Part shown: in pieces, positions 13,061 through 28,700 of the stretch
Position numbering within the stretch: the first letter of the stretch is position 1
How the letters are laid out: each line of letters opens with the position of its first letter
Origin: Phoronis australis
Lineage: Eukaryota > Animalia > Phoronida
DNA: 64,000 bases
Direction: 5' to 3'
Assembly (NCBI GenBank): GCA_002633005.1
Contig: NMRA01000029.1
Coordinates: 1,604,200-1,668,199 of the forward strand
The notes under the pieces: generated by a model
Databases searched by the model: none
Told to the model about the DNA's origin: nothing
Seen by the model: the letters and a program-made list of their open reading frames with translations, nothing else
Made by a program: the position numbers and the translations under genes

Positions 13061-13652
13061 TGAACAGATTCAGGGCCGGGTTTCATATCAAGTCTTTCTG
13101 TTCGGAGATGTACAGACTCCAGGGGGGCTAATCCAGTCCTGAGAACATATGACCCACGCCTCTACATCTCAGTTTTTATCTTTACAAACGTTCGGTGGAA
13201 TCCATTTTCAGGGTACCGTTCATTATCTTTCTTGCGCCTAGAAAACTCTAATCAAAATCACGTTCTAGAACGCACGGTAATATCTCACGCAAACTCCCAA
13301 AAACTTGTTTTTTACCAAGGTCGTAGCCTAGGTCCCAGCGTTGCTGAACTCTACAAAGGCTTCACACGGTCGCAAGGACTTTGGTTTCGCCACCACTGTT
13401 CCTTACCCAAATTTTGCAAGGAAGGTTCCCTGTGGCCGCGAGACAAGAACAATGATTTGTGAGGGCTCCTAAGCTGTAATTATGTTAAACAGCTTAGTAG
13501 ATAATTGTGCACTCTCACAACTTTTGTTGTAATGCTGTCCAACACGATACATCCTAGTTTAATACTTCAAAGACAACAGAAGCACTCGAAATTAATAGAT
13601 ATGGTCCAAAGGCTCCAAACGTCAGTCAGCCATTGTTTGTGTATCTCCAACA

Positions 13653-13739
13653 TTAATTGTATACAGCAGACTTCACTCGTTCCAGTTTCTGTGGCAGTTG
13701 CGCCTTTGTAACAACAGAGTCTTCTAGTGCCGATGTGAT
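13653..13739 (-). CDS. Plexin A terminal coding exon
   Basis: [28 protein letters not shown]; strong polypyrimidine/cag acceptor; matches the plexin C-terminal helix pattern. Confidence 0.88.
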   Translation of the reverse strand: MTSALEDSVVTKAQLPQKLERVKSAVYN

Positions 13740-16700
13740 CTGAAAAAAAAACATTCCCGTTATTGCTTTGGACCCCGTATTCAGGCACATAGCAAAAGAG
13801 AACAGCGCGTCTCATCCTCTATGGAGTTTGATCAGCGCTCGTATAACTCATACATATTTAGCTCAACAAAGTGGTCTTGAAGACTAACCGTGAAGTCCCA
13901 GATTACAAAGTCTTTGAACTCTCCGTTGTAAGGGAACGCGTTGTTTTTTTGTTTTTTTTTTTGCCTCTTTTTAGTGTCATGTACATTTTCACGTTGAGGA
14001 ATTTATTAGACATCCTCAAGAAAGTGGGCTGTGTTTGGTTCAAAATTAACACGACGAACTTGCTTTGCTCACTCGCTTCATATTTCCTCTCTTTGACTTT
14101 GGCAAGTTTATACAACTTTCTCCCGTTGGAATTGAAACTGACAGCAAGGCAGTAATACCTCGCTGGCAATGGAAGGACAAATAAACAAATTTAGCCAAAA
14201 AACGAATACGAGAAAAATAAAGAACATGTGGAACTCCATAGGGTATATTTCAATAGTAATATGTTTCCTTGTTATGACTGTTGGACAAAAGCGACTGTAT
14301 ATTATATTGTATAATATTGTGCCCTGGTGTCTCAAACACAGTTTGCTTTAGAAGCTATTTCACCAAAATGGCGCCAATGTTTAAAATCTAATAAGTTTTG
14401 AAAAATCATCCGGAATTACCTCAATATCGTACTTGGTCACGTAGTCGAAGAGCTCTCTCAAGGCCGCCGGTTTGTTGAAGGTTTTGGGTACGTTCTGATA
14501 AACAAGGAGTGAAAACATTAGCTTAGTGACACAACAGCTGAGTGGTAACATGTAACACATGGAAAGAATTCGCAGAAATCTACACCTTTTGAGTGACTGA
14601 AAACACATTAATTAGACACGTAATACGAGATTTTTTGTTAGAGAAATACTTTTCCTTGTGCCCTCGATAGACCTTACTAAGAATTTCTATCAATGGGCTC
14701 TCAAAATATAAGCCCACAGACTTTCTTGTGGGGCTATAATTAATGCTCCGCTAAATTACGTGTTGGCAAGTGTTAGTCGAGATAAGGCCTATTGAAGCAA
14801 CAAATACCATATACCAGATCCTAGAAAAAAACGATCGATTTTCATGGACAATCAATTAAGCAAACGCGAACCATACATGTATCTTACTTTACCGGACCCA
14901 TTTTCATTTTATAAACCCCCTGTTCCTGGAAACAGCCTCCGAGCTTTTAAAGTGTTAGAAAGCCAGAAATTGTTATTGTTTTCATCAGTGTCATAGAACA
15001 TAAATGATAAGATTTGATCACACAGCAGACACCCCTAATTATAATAACGTACTCTTGAGATGTCAACCATGGCAGAATGAATTTCCTGTTCACTTTGAGA
15101 CGGTAGTTCCTGTACTCTGGCATAAAAGTTCTCAACGGATTTCTTGTACGATACAATGTCCTTGGCAAACAGGAGTTTGTTGGTTGGTGAATCCTGTAAT
15201 ACCCATTATACAAGTGAGACTGCCCCTAATTAATTCTTCAAAAACAAATTTAAACACACCTGAGACCAAGAGCACCATCACAATGCCAATACATTAAATA
15301 TTTTGTACTGGCACGCTTGGTGTTTATTTAAAATAAAACTTAACATACTTGAAATGAAATACCTTATGAGAAATATTTGATTCAAACCACTTTGCGAAAG
15401 AAAAATGGAGTTTCAAAAGCGGAATATTTTCGGGTAAGTTGGTGTTTAAATAAACATTTCAGTTATGTCCAGAAAAATATACGAAAGATACCTTGCCAAG
15501 TCTCTGTTCGGCAGTTGAGCAAGAGTCCATGAAAGTCTGGGCAATGACTGAAAGACTCGAGTCGACAGTGGTGGACTTGTGAATGTCGAAGACAAAGTCA
15601 GGATTCTTGATGACGTTGACCCAGAATCGAAGGGGAAGACTGAAAATAAAAATACTGCGTTGTTTGTAATCATACTTCGGGAGTAATTTTAACTTCCAAA
15701 TAATTCGAAAAATGGATTTAATTAAACCCAATAATTCAAGCTTTACGAAATGATTAATATATCAGACCGGAAAATGGTATTTGAACAATAAACGTAAGAG
15801 AGTTTATTGAGATTATTCAACGATTCCAATGAAAATGCATTCTCACGCAACAGCGATACATGTAACTTATTCGAGAATAACTATCGTATGTTGATACATA
15901 GAGCCGTTGCCTATTTCAAGGATACGGATATTCGTACAATATACGTCTTTGCTACATTCAGAAGTCCAGAGAGTTGCCGGTCTGGATTTGTCTATCTGGT
16001 GCAACAAGAGCCATAATTACGTCTGAAGGGCCTACGCCAGACCAGAGGAGCTTCAAACTTTGAGCACAACAAAGCATATTTTTCAATTCATGTAAAAGCA
16101 AAACACAAGAACAAGTCAGTATAAATACTTTTAAAATTGTATTTTGGGCTTCAGCAATGTCAGTGTTTGAGTTGAATTAATTGTACTCGTATTAGCGGAG
16201 CTAACATAGGTGTACAAATTCGGAATTCTGATATTCGTTTATCACGTGGAACTAACAGTAGGGTTGGAGCCCAGAATTTAAATTCTAGTGGTAGGCCAGG
16301 CTTGGGGGTACTTTTGAGGTAGGCGTTTCACGTATTCTCAATGAATCTGGTTTGTTTGTATTTTTGAACATGTTGGAAATGAGAATAACGAATAGTTCAG
16401 CTGCAGCTGTCATACCTTTTTCAAGATGGCCACCCCCATTTTCATTGGAGCGTGAAGCAACTTTGAAATTCGGCTGCGATTTCAGGTAGCCCTGAAGCAG
16501 ATTTGACAGCACTTTTTGACATCATTTTTGTTATCTATAGCAAACTGACTTTCAGAGTGTAATGCTGGCTTATGTTGTGCATGGCCTGGGAAATGTTAAT
16601 TTTGAGGTGTTTTGCCAGTTTTATCTTACTTTTTTAAGCAGGAGTGAAAGGGCCAGATATACATGTACATGTAAAAAACATCACAAACTTTCTGTAACCA

Positions 16701-19700
16701 TTGTTATGTGTGAAACTAGTCAAAAAGTTTCATTCTTGCATAAGATTTTTGACATAGTGAAGAGAAGGTCCATTGATGTGTGTTCTGCCAGGTCATGCCA
16801 GTGAGACTGTTCTGTGCCTCCTCACCTGTTACTTTTCCACGTGTATACTACTTCCGGATCCGTAATGCCATGCTGTTTGGCTGACTCATCCAGAAAGTCA
16901 AACAAATATTTGATCGCTGGAGGGAGCTGCTGGTCCACTCGTAAAATACTTTGGATGAAGTCATCAACAAATTGTTGAAGGGTACCCTGCGAAACATGAT
17001 TAAATTAAAAAACTTACTGTTGCATCAGAATACCTCGGGCGGGCTACTAATCTCAAATAACCCCTCGGAGGTTTTCCATATCTGAGCACGTTCGAGATTG
17101 AAAAAGAACACAAAATTGGGCTACTTTCAAAATGCTAATTAGCGGGTGATATTCAATGTCATAGTGCCTGTTTTTAATGACAATATCCAGTAATATGCCA
17201 AGAAACCATGACACATGGGTTGAATGGACAATTAATCGATTGTTTGACATTTCCGAACATTAACCAGGATATTCTACATGACAATCCCATATGTACAAAA
17301 CGGCTACATTGTGCGTACAGTGGCACTTGCATTTAATTAAAAGCAGCAGCGACATCAAGAATTCACATGTGATCAAAGGTTAAATTGTACCATACTAACT
17401 TATACCAGCATGTAAGGGTCCAGAAATTGTTGGGCATCCGGACCAGTAAGTGCAGAAAAAAATATTCAAGTTCGCTATGAGTAGGCCTATGTCATACCTT
17501 TGTAGAAAGAAGCCTGGTCAGAAATATTTCAGATATCACCCTAGACTCGTCCCTTTGCATCATGTCGTCCGTCTTCACTAAATGCCAGCATTTATTGCTT
17601 CTTTCTTCATTCATTGTGAGCGTCACCATATCGGCGTCAGAAACAGCTAGAAAGTAACAGTAGTGAAAATGTATATCCCTAGAACGCAAAATTACTCAAA
17701 ATCGCCCACTTATACTGGAAATGAATCAGGTGGTCGACGGCGAATCTAGCGGCAGAAGATACCAATGAGCTTCCCAAGGTCCACAATTTAATGATCTGAA
17801 ACAACCAAAATGATAGCTTCACGTATTTAAAACACGATTTTATTTTCAAAGTCCACAAATAACAAAACAATTTAATAAAGGTGTATTTTCACGTATCGCG
17901 TTCAGGAAAGAAAGCCATGCTTACAGTGCGTAAATCATGGAAATTAATGATTAAAAATCACCAATCACTCAAAATCGAGCATATGCAGACTCATACTATT
18001 AAATTCACCAAACCAAAGTTGTTTGCTTTCCAGATGTTTCATAGAGACATGCGGAATTTAAATTAATAAATGCAGGTTGTTACCAGTTTGCGTTTCTGCA
18101 TTATTGCTGTGTTGTTTAGACACGACAGCAAATTGGGAGTTGTCGGGTACTTTGTAGTGTTTCAGCGTGTTTAGTTTCTTCCAGCCATCCTCAACAACGG
18201 CTGTGACGTCATCGTCTGATAAAGTAAGATGTCCACCCCGACCGTGCCTCCATTCTGTAGGAAATATTTGAAGGTTTCATCAATATTTTGTCGATTAACT
18301 CATATGCGCAGGACCCATTATAATAATTTGAGCTCGATATCGAACTCAAAGTTATCTTTGACTATTCCATTTCATTTCAGCACGAACAAAGATCTATGAT
18401 TTTGTGCTCCAGTGCATTGATTGGACTCATTTCCTACTCATACTTTGCACCTGATGACTCGATCATTTAAGTTAGATTCTGAATTTTCAACTTTCGTGAT
18501 TTTACTGAAGATTTACGTAGAATGTCCTGGTCATCTAGTTCGACTTTGGACAAGACATTCCAGAGTTTCGGCAATACTATACCCTAGCACATAAAATCAA
18601 CAGTATCTTGTGTGTTGTCATGGATAATTTCGAGTTTTAATTCAGTTTGAATGAAACGATTAAACCCGGACCCGGATGTTAATGAAGAAAAATATTTTGG
18701 GCACCGTTCCCCAGATATTAGGATCTCGTGAAAAGGAAAAATCACGAGTCTTCTCTGGATCTTGCCTCGGTCAGTTTATTCAAGTAAAGCACGTGATCAA
18801 ACTGATTAGCTCGAAAATGTGTTAGGTCTACCATACGAAACCCTGCTTTAAGTTAAGCGAGTGTTTTGTTTTGACATAGTATAGAACAAAATTTTAATAA
18901 GTGTGAGACAACCTTTTAAAAATACAGTGCTAAAGTTGGCATTTCTGTAGCTGTGAACCAAAAAATAATACTTGAGAGAATCTCCTGTCTAAATGATGCG
19001 ATTACCTGTTTAGCACCTCTTACCAAGGTCGGTGTCCAGTGAAGAAATTCGCTCGGAATACGCGGTATTCTTGTAAATGGCGTCCAACAATTTCTCTTTA
19101 ACTTGGGTTATTGTGTCACAATCAAGAACCTTCACATCCGGAATAGTGTCCTCATTGTCCAACATTATTTCTACAGACTAGGAAATAAGACGAAAGATCA
19201 TCATGCGCCCCTTGACCAGGGCTGCTCACCATAGGGTTATAGCCCCCCCCCTCCCCCCCACACACACTTACATGTATATGACAACCCGACTTCATTCAAA
19301 ATGTACCTAGAATTCTGTTAAAAAACACGGATTTTGGAATACCGCAGTGATTTCTGGCAGATATACTTTAAATTATGGGGATTTCGTAGTCAGTCTTTTA
19401 CAAACGTGGTAAGCAATTTTATGTTGTATCACGAGTGAACAATTAATGGTTCATAGTGATGAGGAAATTACAATTGCACATCAGTATCAAAGCTTATTAA
19501 ACCTTGTCACGTTGTGGAAGACCATAATGTTCAAATAAGATTATTGATCTAAGGAAGTACATCACAAAAAATCTCAGTCAATTTTAGAATTGACGAGACA
19601 CGAGAAAGACAAATAATCTATACCCAGGAAAAACCTACCAGAGTGAGAGGCTCAATTTTCTCCAATAGAAGCCTGTTCTCAGCCAACGAGTATCGAGCGT

Positions 19701-22700
19701 CCCCTGTTATTGCATCAACGGGTCCCTTCTGTATCTGATGCTTCACCGACGTGAACATGATGAACAATGCCTGACCAGAGGACCCCTACAGTAAAGCAGT
19801 CAGTAACATTTGTACTACCTGCTACAACGTCACACATCCTCGACGCCTGAGGCCAGTTCCGTGAAAACAGACTTAAAATGATACCAAACGCGGTGTTAGC
19901 CAAATAATTTATATTAAAAATAGCGTTTTCGTCTAGATCTCTGAAAAAATAATGCTCTGTAACCTTCGACAGCAGTCAAATGTATCGAGCAAATTTGAAA
20001 ATTTGTTAAAATTTCTGCTAAATCGGTAAGGGAGACCCACGCACGTTTCATGAATATTTTAGTGAAAGTCGACCGACCAAGAACAAAAATTCCTGTATGT
20101 GACACATTTGGGTATGTTCACTCAAACCACCATCGAACAAACAAGGTGGAGTTCAGGTCAAATTGTCGTCTACTTGGAATGACAGTATACACGAGGTTGG
20201 TAAACGGACGATATCCCATGAGAAAGCAAGAGACGGCGGTAAACGCCAGTCTACAGCACCATCTTTCCTTTGAAGGGGCGTGATGCCTCCGAGGTTCTAG
20301 GTGTTTAATTATGTGAGCATTGTCTATCAGACCAGATTCAATTCGATTTTTCTATGCCCCACTTAACAATTGTTGACAAATCTTTTGCTAAGTAATAATA
20401 AGCGTGTCAAAGTCTATAAATAATTTCTAGAATCCCCGGTAAAGTCACCATGATCCGATCCCCCACTGATCACATTATTCCTCTAAAAAGTGATGCAATC
20501 ACACGGACTATTCTTTATGTATGAGAGACCTACATGTATTCAATACACAAGACCACGTCTAGTGTCAAGTGGCGCTTTCAACAAGAGACAGTTACGAATG
20601 TCAAGTTCGTTTGTTTTTTATAAGATAACAAAGGCATAAAGAAACACTTACCTGCATATACTCGTACATGCATATGGATAACCAGTGGGTCAACATTTTC
20701 TCCACCACTGACTCCGTCCGTCGTAGTAACAGTTTGGCGCGCTTCTGCTCAACACATCGTTCAATAAGCTCTCCCAGCAAAGTCTTCAAAATCTCTGTTG
20801 CGTACTCCATTCGATCCGCCAGAACAACCATTAAAAGTGAAGCGACATTAGACTTGTCTCTGACACCGAACGTTTTTTGTTCTTCTAATGTCCGTATCAA
20901 TTTGAGGAGAAAATGGTTATTCAGTAGTAGCTGACCAAATTGGTCCATACCACGATATTTGGTTTGGTCTTCATCCTAAAATTAATTAGAATGACTAATT
21001 ATACGAAATCCTAATCATCTGAATAATTTTTATTTCTTGAATGAAGAGATTGTATGGTCATGCCTAAACTTCCTCCTGGTATTATCGCAACGAGAACTAG
21101 TAAGAAATGTTCAGCAAGTAAAGCCGAGATAGGAGCAGAAAGCAGCCTCAAGCACCGGGACATCATTGGTCCTACTTGCGCAGAGAAACGGGCTGGAAAC
21201 GTTGACACGACAGAGTTAGTCATGTGTTGTCCAACATGTGAGAAGTCAAATGGTGCAACGGATTATAATAAAAAATAAAAGCGGTGCAGATGGGTAACCT
21301 GGACAAGGTGAGAGACCCACAGCAGGGAGTTAATGCGGTCTGAATTACAGAGAATAGAATTTTTGAGAATAAAGTTTCTACTTAGGTCGGTGTACAACCT
21401 GTTACAAACACTTTCTAACTTGTGCTGATGGCGTCTGACAGAGCAATCAGAGGCCACTATGTGAAGGAAGTGTAGTGTTGAGGCATGTGTCATAATCCTG
21501 TTGTGTACCTGTCTCGCACGGTAGATACACAGGTTAATGGGACTGTGAGACATTCTGGAGAAGGCAAAAACTTACCAATCAACCTAGTGTGAGAAGCTTA
21601 TCGTTCGACTGACCAACTTAAAAAACAATGTGAAGCTCCGCATCAATATTCAGGATTGTGTAGAATAAAAAGAGACGAAAGCAGATATTGAAAGACGACT
21701 GACATTTGTCTTTTTTCCAGCAGGTAAAGGAAACAGCTTGTAAAGGTATTTTTAACTGGCTTATGGGAATAGGCGATTTCAAGAACATCTGAAAGGAAGA
21801 AGACGATTTATGCTGAGCTGAAATAGGAAGTCCAAACCAAGAGTTGGTTGTCATGGACTTTCCCTGACCAGGTTGGTACAGATCTCTGTATAGCAACAAG
21901 CTGTAGTGCGGGCACCATGTTGGTTACGGTGGTGCACTGCAAGCATCTTCTGATGGGAAGTGGCTTGGCTTGTCACTGTCGGCTTACAACCAAGATTCCG
22001 TATCAGGCTTAGGAATTGAAACGGCCGCCGGCGGGTGATGACAGGGGTAATGTTGTCAGATGATTATGCAAATAACATTGCTCTGTTCAAAATATACCAC
22101 TCTGATCAACGGAACCCTCTGTCCCGTTTATGTTCTCCTTATTCGGGGTGTGATTCATGTACATGTATATATTATCAGAAAAGAAAATTGATTTAATTCT
22201 ATAATGTTTACCGAAATTTTGTACAGATACGAGTCAACGCAGGCAGTCTGTATAGAGATAAACAATATCTCCGTGTATACTGGTTTAACCTAGGCCTCCT
22301 AATACAAAGAGGCAATGGAGAATGATCACTTAAAGCGAAGCTAAACTTTTGCATCCTGTCAAAAGAGAAGTTTTGATTTAGGTCACATACGATTGACAAG
22401 TTGGTCTTGTCTTGCTCCTTACACAGATTGCAATTGATTTTTGGGCTCGATAGGATCTGAAAAGTTCCTTATTTTGTCACAGTGAGGTCGTAAAATGCCA
22501 CCTAACGTGACCTGAAAATTAAGGATCTTGGCTTAAAGAAATAACGACCTGTCAGTTACGATAGCTGCTTCATCAATAATATTTTACTTTTCTATTCAAT
22601 TTTTTGCCGTTTTGAATTAACCGAAATTCATCATCAGTTTTGTTATGCCACCTTTTCAGGTATTTCAAACTTTGATTGGCCCAAACACATTTTCCGTACG

Positions 22701-25700
22701 ATTTCTGTCTTATGGCAGTATTGTATTTCTCGTAGCTAACCTAGCATTTAGCTGTGAAGATGAAGGTCTACTTTATCCACATTTACCTTATGCAGAGCAG
22801 GGTGATTCGAATTTCCAGGAAATAGTACTTTGTCAATGTATGTTTTGAAGTCGAGGAATGGAATTCCAGAAGTCACAAGGTCACTTGTCAAGTCGCTCAT
22901 GTCTGTCTGGAGCTCTGCGAAGGCTGCAACAAATATGGAACACTCTTAGCAATGAGCTGGATACACGTGTTTGAAAAGAGTAATCCAATTCAGAAGGTGT
23001 AGGTAAGTGCCAATACGATAAATTAATACAAAACTGTAACCGTAACGCTATGAACTTGAGGACGTCTTTCATAAAAGACACTGATTTTCAAACTTTGAAA
23101 ATATACCATAATATCCTGGAAACTGACATTTTCATCATCCAATAACTTTTCACAAGTTAATGTCTCACTTTAAGCTACAACAAATGATATTGTGCCCGTT
23201 CTTGTGAGTTCTTTGTCAGAGCTACATGTTGAAATTTACATGTATCTCAGGCAGTAGGATCAACGTTAGATTCCCATGAACTTTTTCAGGGCTCTGAAAG
23301 CTGAACAATACGCTTCAATATCTTTACCAACTTGCACAACGACAGAATCGTGAATCTCTATTGCTTCTATGTCTAGCATCCTTACCCAGTCTACATTCAT
23401 CTCGGACATTACTCTCAAGTGTTTCCAATTGTATTTGCATCTTCTTATAGTTCCTCTGCTCCTTGTGGGATCTCCGGCGGAAGAACACGACGAGGATGAC
23501 GATGATGATCAACGGAACTGTTATACCGACCACAACGCCGCCAATGGTTCCAGGGCTAAGTCCATACGTATAGTAACGTACTTTGCCAACTACGAACTCC
23601 AGGTTTCCAACGCGAACCTGTGCATATTTTAATTGTCGAGCTTCAAGCTGCTATCAATCCACGTTGAGTAAAATTACCAAACAAGAACCCAGGATCATAT
23701 CTCAATGATATCTGCATTACTTTATATAACTTTTTTGAAATGGAAACGGCGTTACCGCAGCAACAGTCAATGTAAAAGCAGGAGCCGGTCAATATGGGAA
23801 ATTATTGACTCCAAAATGTTGTACTTCACAATCTGTACAAATCATGCAATAACGTTTGATAAAGACAATGCTTGGTGCATGAAATGACCAGTCCGGTAAG
23901 TTCGATTTTTTTCGAAAGCACTAACGAAACGCCACTGATCGTCTAAGATCAGAAATATCATTTAAATTGACTAGGAATGAAACATTAAGTTTTTACTCAG
24001 GTGTGCACCTCAAATATAGGGCTCAAGTGCGAATTTCGATTGCATACCGTGTTGCTTGCGTAATCTAGCAGAGAATTGTCTTGAGTTCGCATGAAAGGTA
24101 AGAACAGAAAATATAACAAATATGTAAACGTTCGATTCCTAATTAAAATTTATATCTATATTCTCTTTTTAATCGTTAAATATCAGCTGCAACACCAGTG
24201 TTCAGCATATCCATTTTGTTTTATACAACGACTAAACATGTGACCACAGCCACCCTATTACGCTATAGCACCACGTTTTTTCTGTTGGTCCACACAAAAC
24301 AAAACTCACGTTGATATCTTCTGAAATTGTCAAATGAGCTAAATCAAACCTAAAACATGTATGAAAGGACGCGTCGTTCTTCGTACCGTGACCGTTGGCA
24401 GCACATCATTACTCCATTGACCGTCTTTGTCGATACCCTGTGGCTGTTTCTCAGGAGCTGTGCAGACCATTTCCATTTTTGCCAATGCCGTGACATTACA
24501 AGCATCATTTCCAATCCTAACAATGACTTCACCTTCAGAGGTGGCCAGGTTAAGGTTTTTTCCCTGAAATAATTCCCAAATATCACGAATTCAAACGTGG
24601 TTGTGTGCGCTAGTTTTGCTCTTTCCAGTGACATGCTCGGCGAGGAAAGTTATTTTCTCAGTTGAATCCCAGTGCGACTTTGAATCGGGAATCGTTGCGG
24701 TCCCACTGAAGTGCTCTTCCGGCTGACTCAAGGCCCACTTGAAAAGGTGAGCAATTTTATACCTCTGGACAAAAAATATTTCTAGAGAAAACCAAAGTGT
24801 AGAGGCATGGCAATATTCCAGTGGTTTACTTTTTTGCAAATATTGATGGGGACCATTTTACGGTTTTACACGGGCTCTATTACACGATGAGTCTGTTTTT
24901 TCAATGAATACGTTAATCATACACGTACATGTAGGCAATATCCCGTATATTATTGGCTGATAACTTGCGCTCTTACCGTAATAATCAACTGTGACTCTTT
25001 TAATTCTTTAAATTTCTCTGAGAATTTGAAGAACTCAGGGTTGGCGACGAATGTCATAGAAGAGGATACATTAGGGAAATTATCTTCCATGTTTCTTACA
25101 GCTGTCACGTTGTCCATGATGAATCCAATCTTTAGATCATTGCCAGACGCGTCAGGCGGTACATTTGGACACAAGCAAATCATAAGAGTGTCGTTGTGAC
25201 GGTGGCAAGCCTTTAAGACACGATGCAAGAGGTTAGTCAATGGTTAACTACAAAGTTACTTTCAAGGAAAAGGAAGACATGAGAAATGATGAAAAAATGA
25301 AGGATGTTAGCTTTGCAAGCATGGGCTTCTGTTTGTCTACTTTCTTAATATAGGACACTTAGCACTACAAGCTCGGTCTCAGTTTGTTCCTTACTTAGAG
25401 TGGACGTAATTTATTGGTTTGGGATCAATTGATAATCAATAGCGGATTTGCAGCGACGCCATATTGAAATTAGGTTAAAATGGTGCATTGTGGGTGCTGT
25501 GGTCAAGATTCAGAAAGCGGCCATAGTAACAAGCATAATACGCGGTATGAGCGCGAAGAAAACTTATGGCGGATACATTTGTTGTAATCTTGGCTGCTTC
25601 AAAAACAACAGGAGAGATAAAAATCTGAATTTTTATGTGTTTCCTGCAAACCAAGAACTTCGTGAAAAATGGATAAACAACATTAGGAGAGCTGGGAGTA

Positions 25701-28700
25701 AGGGGAGATTTAGCGCATTCAAACCAACGCGGGGCCATCTAGTAGGCAACACTTAGCCCCTCGGTTGGCCATATAGGGGCTACAATATTTCCATTCGCTT
25801 TCTGTACTCATTTCGTTACTTCAGTGTATTTTAAACGGGCCGTGACCGGATTTGGGTTACCGATTTCGAGTTTTTACCTCGTCAAAAATACATTCTATAC
25901 TTAAAACTATCCGATCAAAAACGCTTACTTTCATCATTGGTTCTTTCTACTTTTATACATATCTTTGATGAAGCTTAGTTGTGAGAATTAAGTTGACTTT
26001 GGCGAAGAATTACAACTCAACTTTTTTGATTGCCGTTAATTTTATCACCGCGTGCGCGATAACCACAAAGCATGTCACCTGAATCACGTGAGTTAGGCAA
26101 AGGTTAGCGCGAGACTGAGCGAAGCGCGTGACGCTAGCGTGCGACACTTGTAAAATAGCATGAGAAGGTATCGGGTGAAACTTGTAAGATGTGTGTCCCT
26201 TGGATTTTTTTTTTCGTCAACATGCGTAATTTCACGTAACTTCCTCAAAATGGCCCACCAGGTAACTGAGAGACAGATTTTCATCGATTTGTTGAAGTTT
26301 TGCTGACTAAATTGTATCCAGAGTCGTGGTATGTGTTAATTATAACTCCGTGTTCCTATATGTATTGATTTTATTTGCTGTATTTTGAAATGAGTAACTT
26401 TTTGTGAGGATGTACTATCACCCCTGAATGCCTGCGGCATCCAGTGCGATGTAATTGCCTATGGACCATCGTGTGTGCAGCTAACATTTTCCTGGTGGAA
26501 AAAAGACGCATGAGAACAACATTCCGACGGAGTTTCCTCTTAAAATTAACGTCTCTAGCATATCCACGGCGAAAGCTACAAAAGTTTAGCAACCCAAGAA
26601 CTCTCAACTTGTCTGAAACCGGAGGGGATTTCGAAATCAACGCCGATAGCCCCAATACTGAACATGACGACAGTCGTGCCCTCGGTCACACGGTCACTGA
26701 TCATAGCTTCGCTGTATTTACAAACGAGAGAGAGGACTTGCTTGGTATTATAAAGCAAAAAAATGAAACATGGTTTTTAGTTTGCAAATCACTCCAACTG
26801 CACACACTATCCAGCCCCCTCAAGACAAGCCTGACCACAAGCTATCCCATGAGCCTTCGCGCAGGAAGTAACTCGCACATGCGCAATGCGTAGTTCGTTT
26901 GCGCTGCAAATCCGCTATTGCTTGTCATTTCATGCTGGATATATATGTACAGCCTCTACGCGGCAACGAAATGTCACATTATTCGCATCTCCGAACTTAT
27001 CTAATTTCTAGTTTTAGAAAGGACTAGGTCCAGTGAAGTAGTGGTAAATTAGAGATAAGTAGGCGCCCAAAGCCCACCGTATCCTTTTGAGCACTGGACG
27101 TACATGTAACTTACGGTGCGTAGGCGCTACGTTCAAATGCCACAATGTGGTTGGCGGCGCCTACGTGCGCCTACGCCCCGCTACAGCACTGACTATTAAT
27201 AATTAATTGCAGGCGGTCTGATACACGTTGTACCAGAGGTGCGCAGGCCGCGCATGTAGGCCCATTGCACTGATCACCTAGAACTACTTTTGTGCTTTAT
27301 TAATATATAGTTAAAACCGAGCTGGGGAGCTACAAACCTGACTCAAGGGTCTAGCAGTGTGGCCCACAACCTCGAGAAAAGAACTTGGTCACCTATTTTA
27401 TCGCAAATGGCCACACTGCCTCCTCACAGCACTGACTTCGTCAAGACCACTAAATCGTCTAAATCAACATTTTTTTATGATTTGGAGGCAAAAACTACAT
27501 AGAAGTTTGAAAAGTTTTTCATTTCTTTCAAATGAATTCCACAACGAAATCCATATAACGTCAGCTTCACACACAATAACAAGTCATTGTCAACAACGTT
27601 GAGACGTTCTGAGACCATCAAATTCGTGCGTTAAAAATCTGTGAACAGCTTATCAACGCATGCCATTTGCACTTCAGGTAATTACCAATATACAGTCGAA
27701 CCCACGCGTTCAGACATAAATGTTTCTATAACTTGGCGCTTGCTTAACTCACCGCTTTCCATGAATTCCCGCCGTCATTTCTCACGAACAAAATTGGCTC
27801 CTGAATGGACGCGAAACTTGTTCCAGTAACTGTGATTTTTCTGCCTCCTCTGTGATAAAAATGAAATAGAAAGGATATGAGGATTTTGAAATGGGTGCAC
27901 TGATGGATAACACGCGTATTGTAGATTAATAACAGAGACTGAACCCTTAAATCCTACAAAGACATCTGTAAACACGATACCCGGGATCGCGTCACACTGC
28001 TAGTCCCAACTGAGGGAACAAATTCAGTCACGTCGTGATCTCACGCCATCAGATTAGCACATAACACCCATAACACCCATTTATTTGAAAGGAGTTTACG
28101 GAATTCCTGATTAGTCGACTACCATCGCCTTCGTCGTCTCAAGTTGCTCTTGGTCCATGCTACAAGAGGTATGCTGCTTCGGCACGGTCGTCACAATTCT
28201 CTTATTGTCACCCATCCTTCAACTGCTGTTGAGCGCTCATTGAACCCGACAGCGACATCTGGGCTTGAATGTTTGTCCCGTCCGTTGCTTGACCAGCGTT
28301 TATAAGTTGCGGATCGTGATTCCTCCACTTCCCAGGTCCTTCCATTTCGTCTTGTTGCTATGAAAATCTCAAATCTTTTCCACAAACATCGGCCATTTTA
28401 CAATATGTCACATGTGTCTAGCAAAATACCTTATCTTCATTCTCGGGGAACTTCAAAATTGTCATATACAATGTATATACCATGTAGGAAGAGAAAAAAA
28501 CAGCTTCTTATTTAATTTGAAATTTTCTAATCTAGTAAAATTTAAAAGATTTAACAGAATCACCTCGTAACAGCACAACAGCGAGGAAATTTGTTTACTA
28601 CTTATCCGAGGTCAAATGTTACGGAGCTGTCACTCGAAATCGAATCTCCCGCCGGGCACAGAGCAGCTCCGGATGTAGCCTCAGTCCATTCATTCACCGA

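Noticed and set aside
13903-14169. 88-aa minus-strand ORF as a possible plexin last exon
   Set aside because: No plexin similarity; 13653-13739 fits the plexin C-terminal pattern and has a better acceptor
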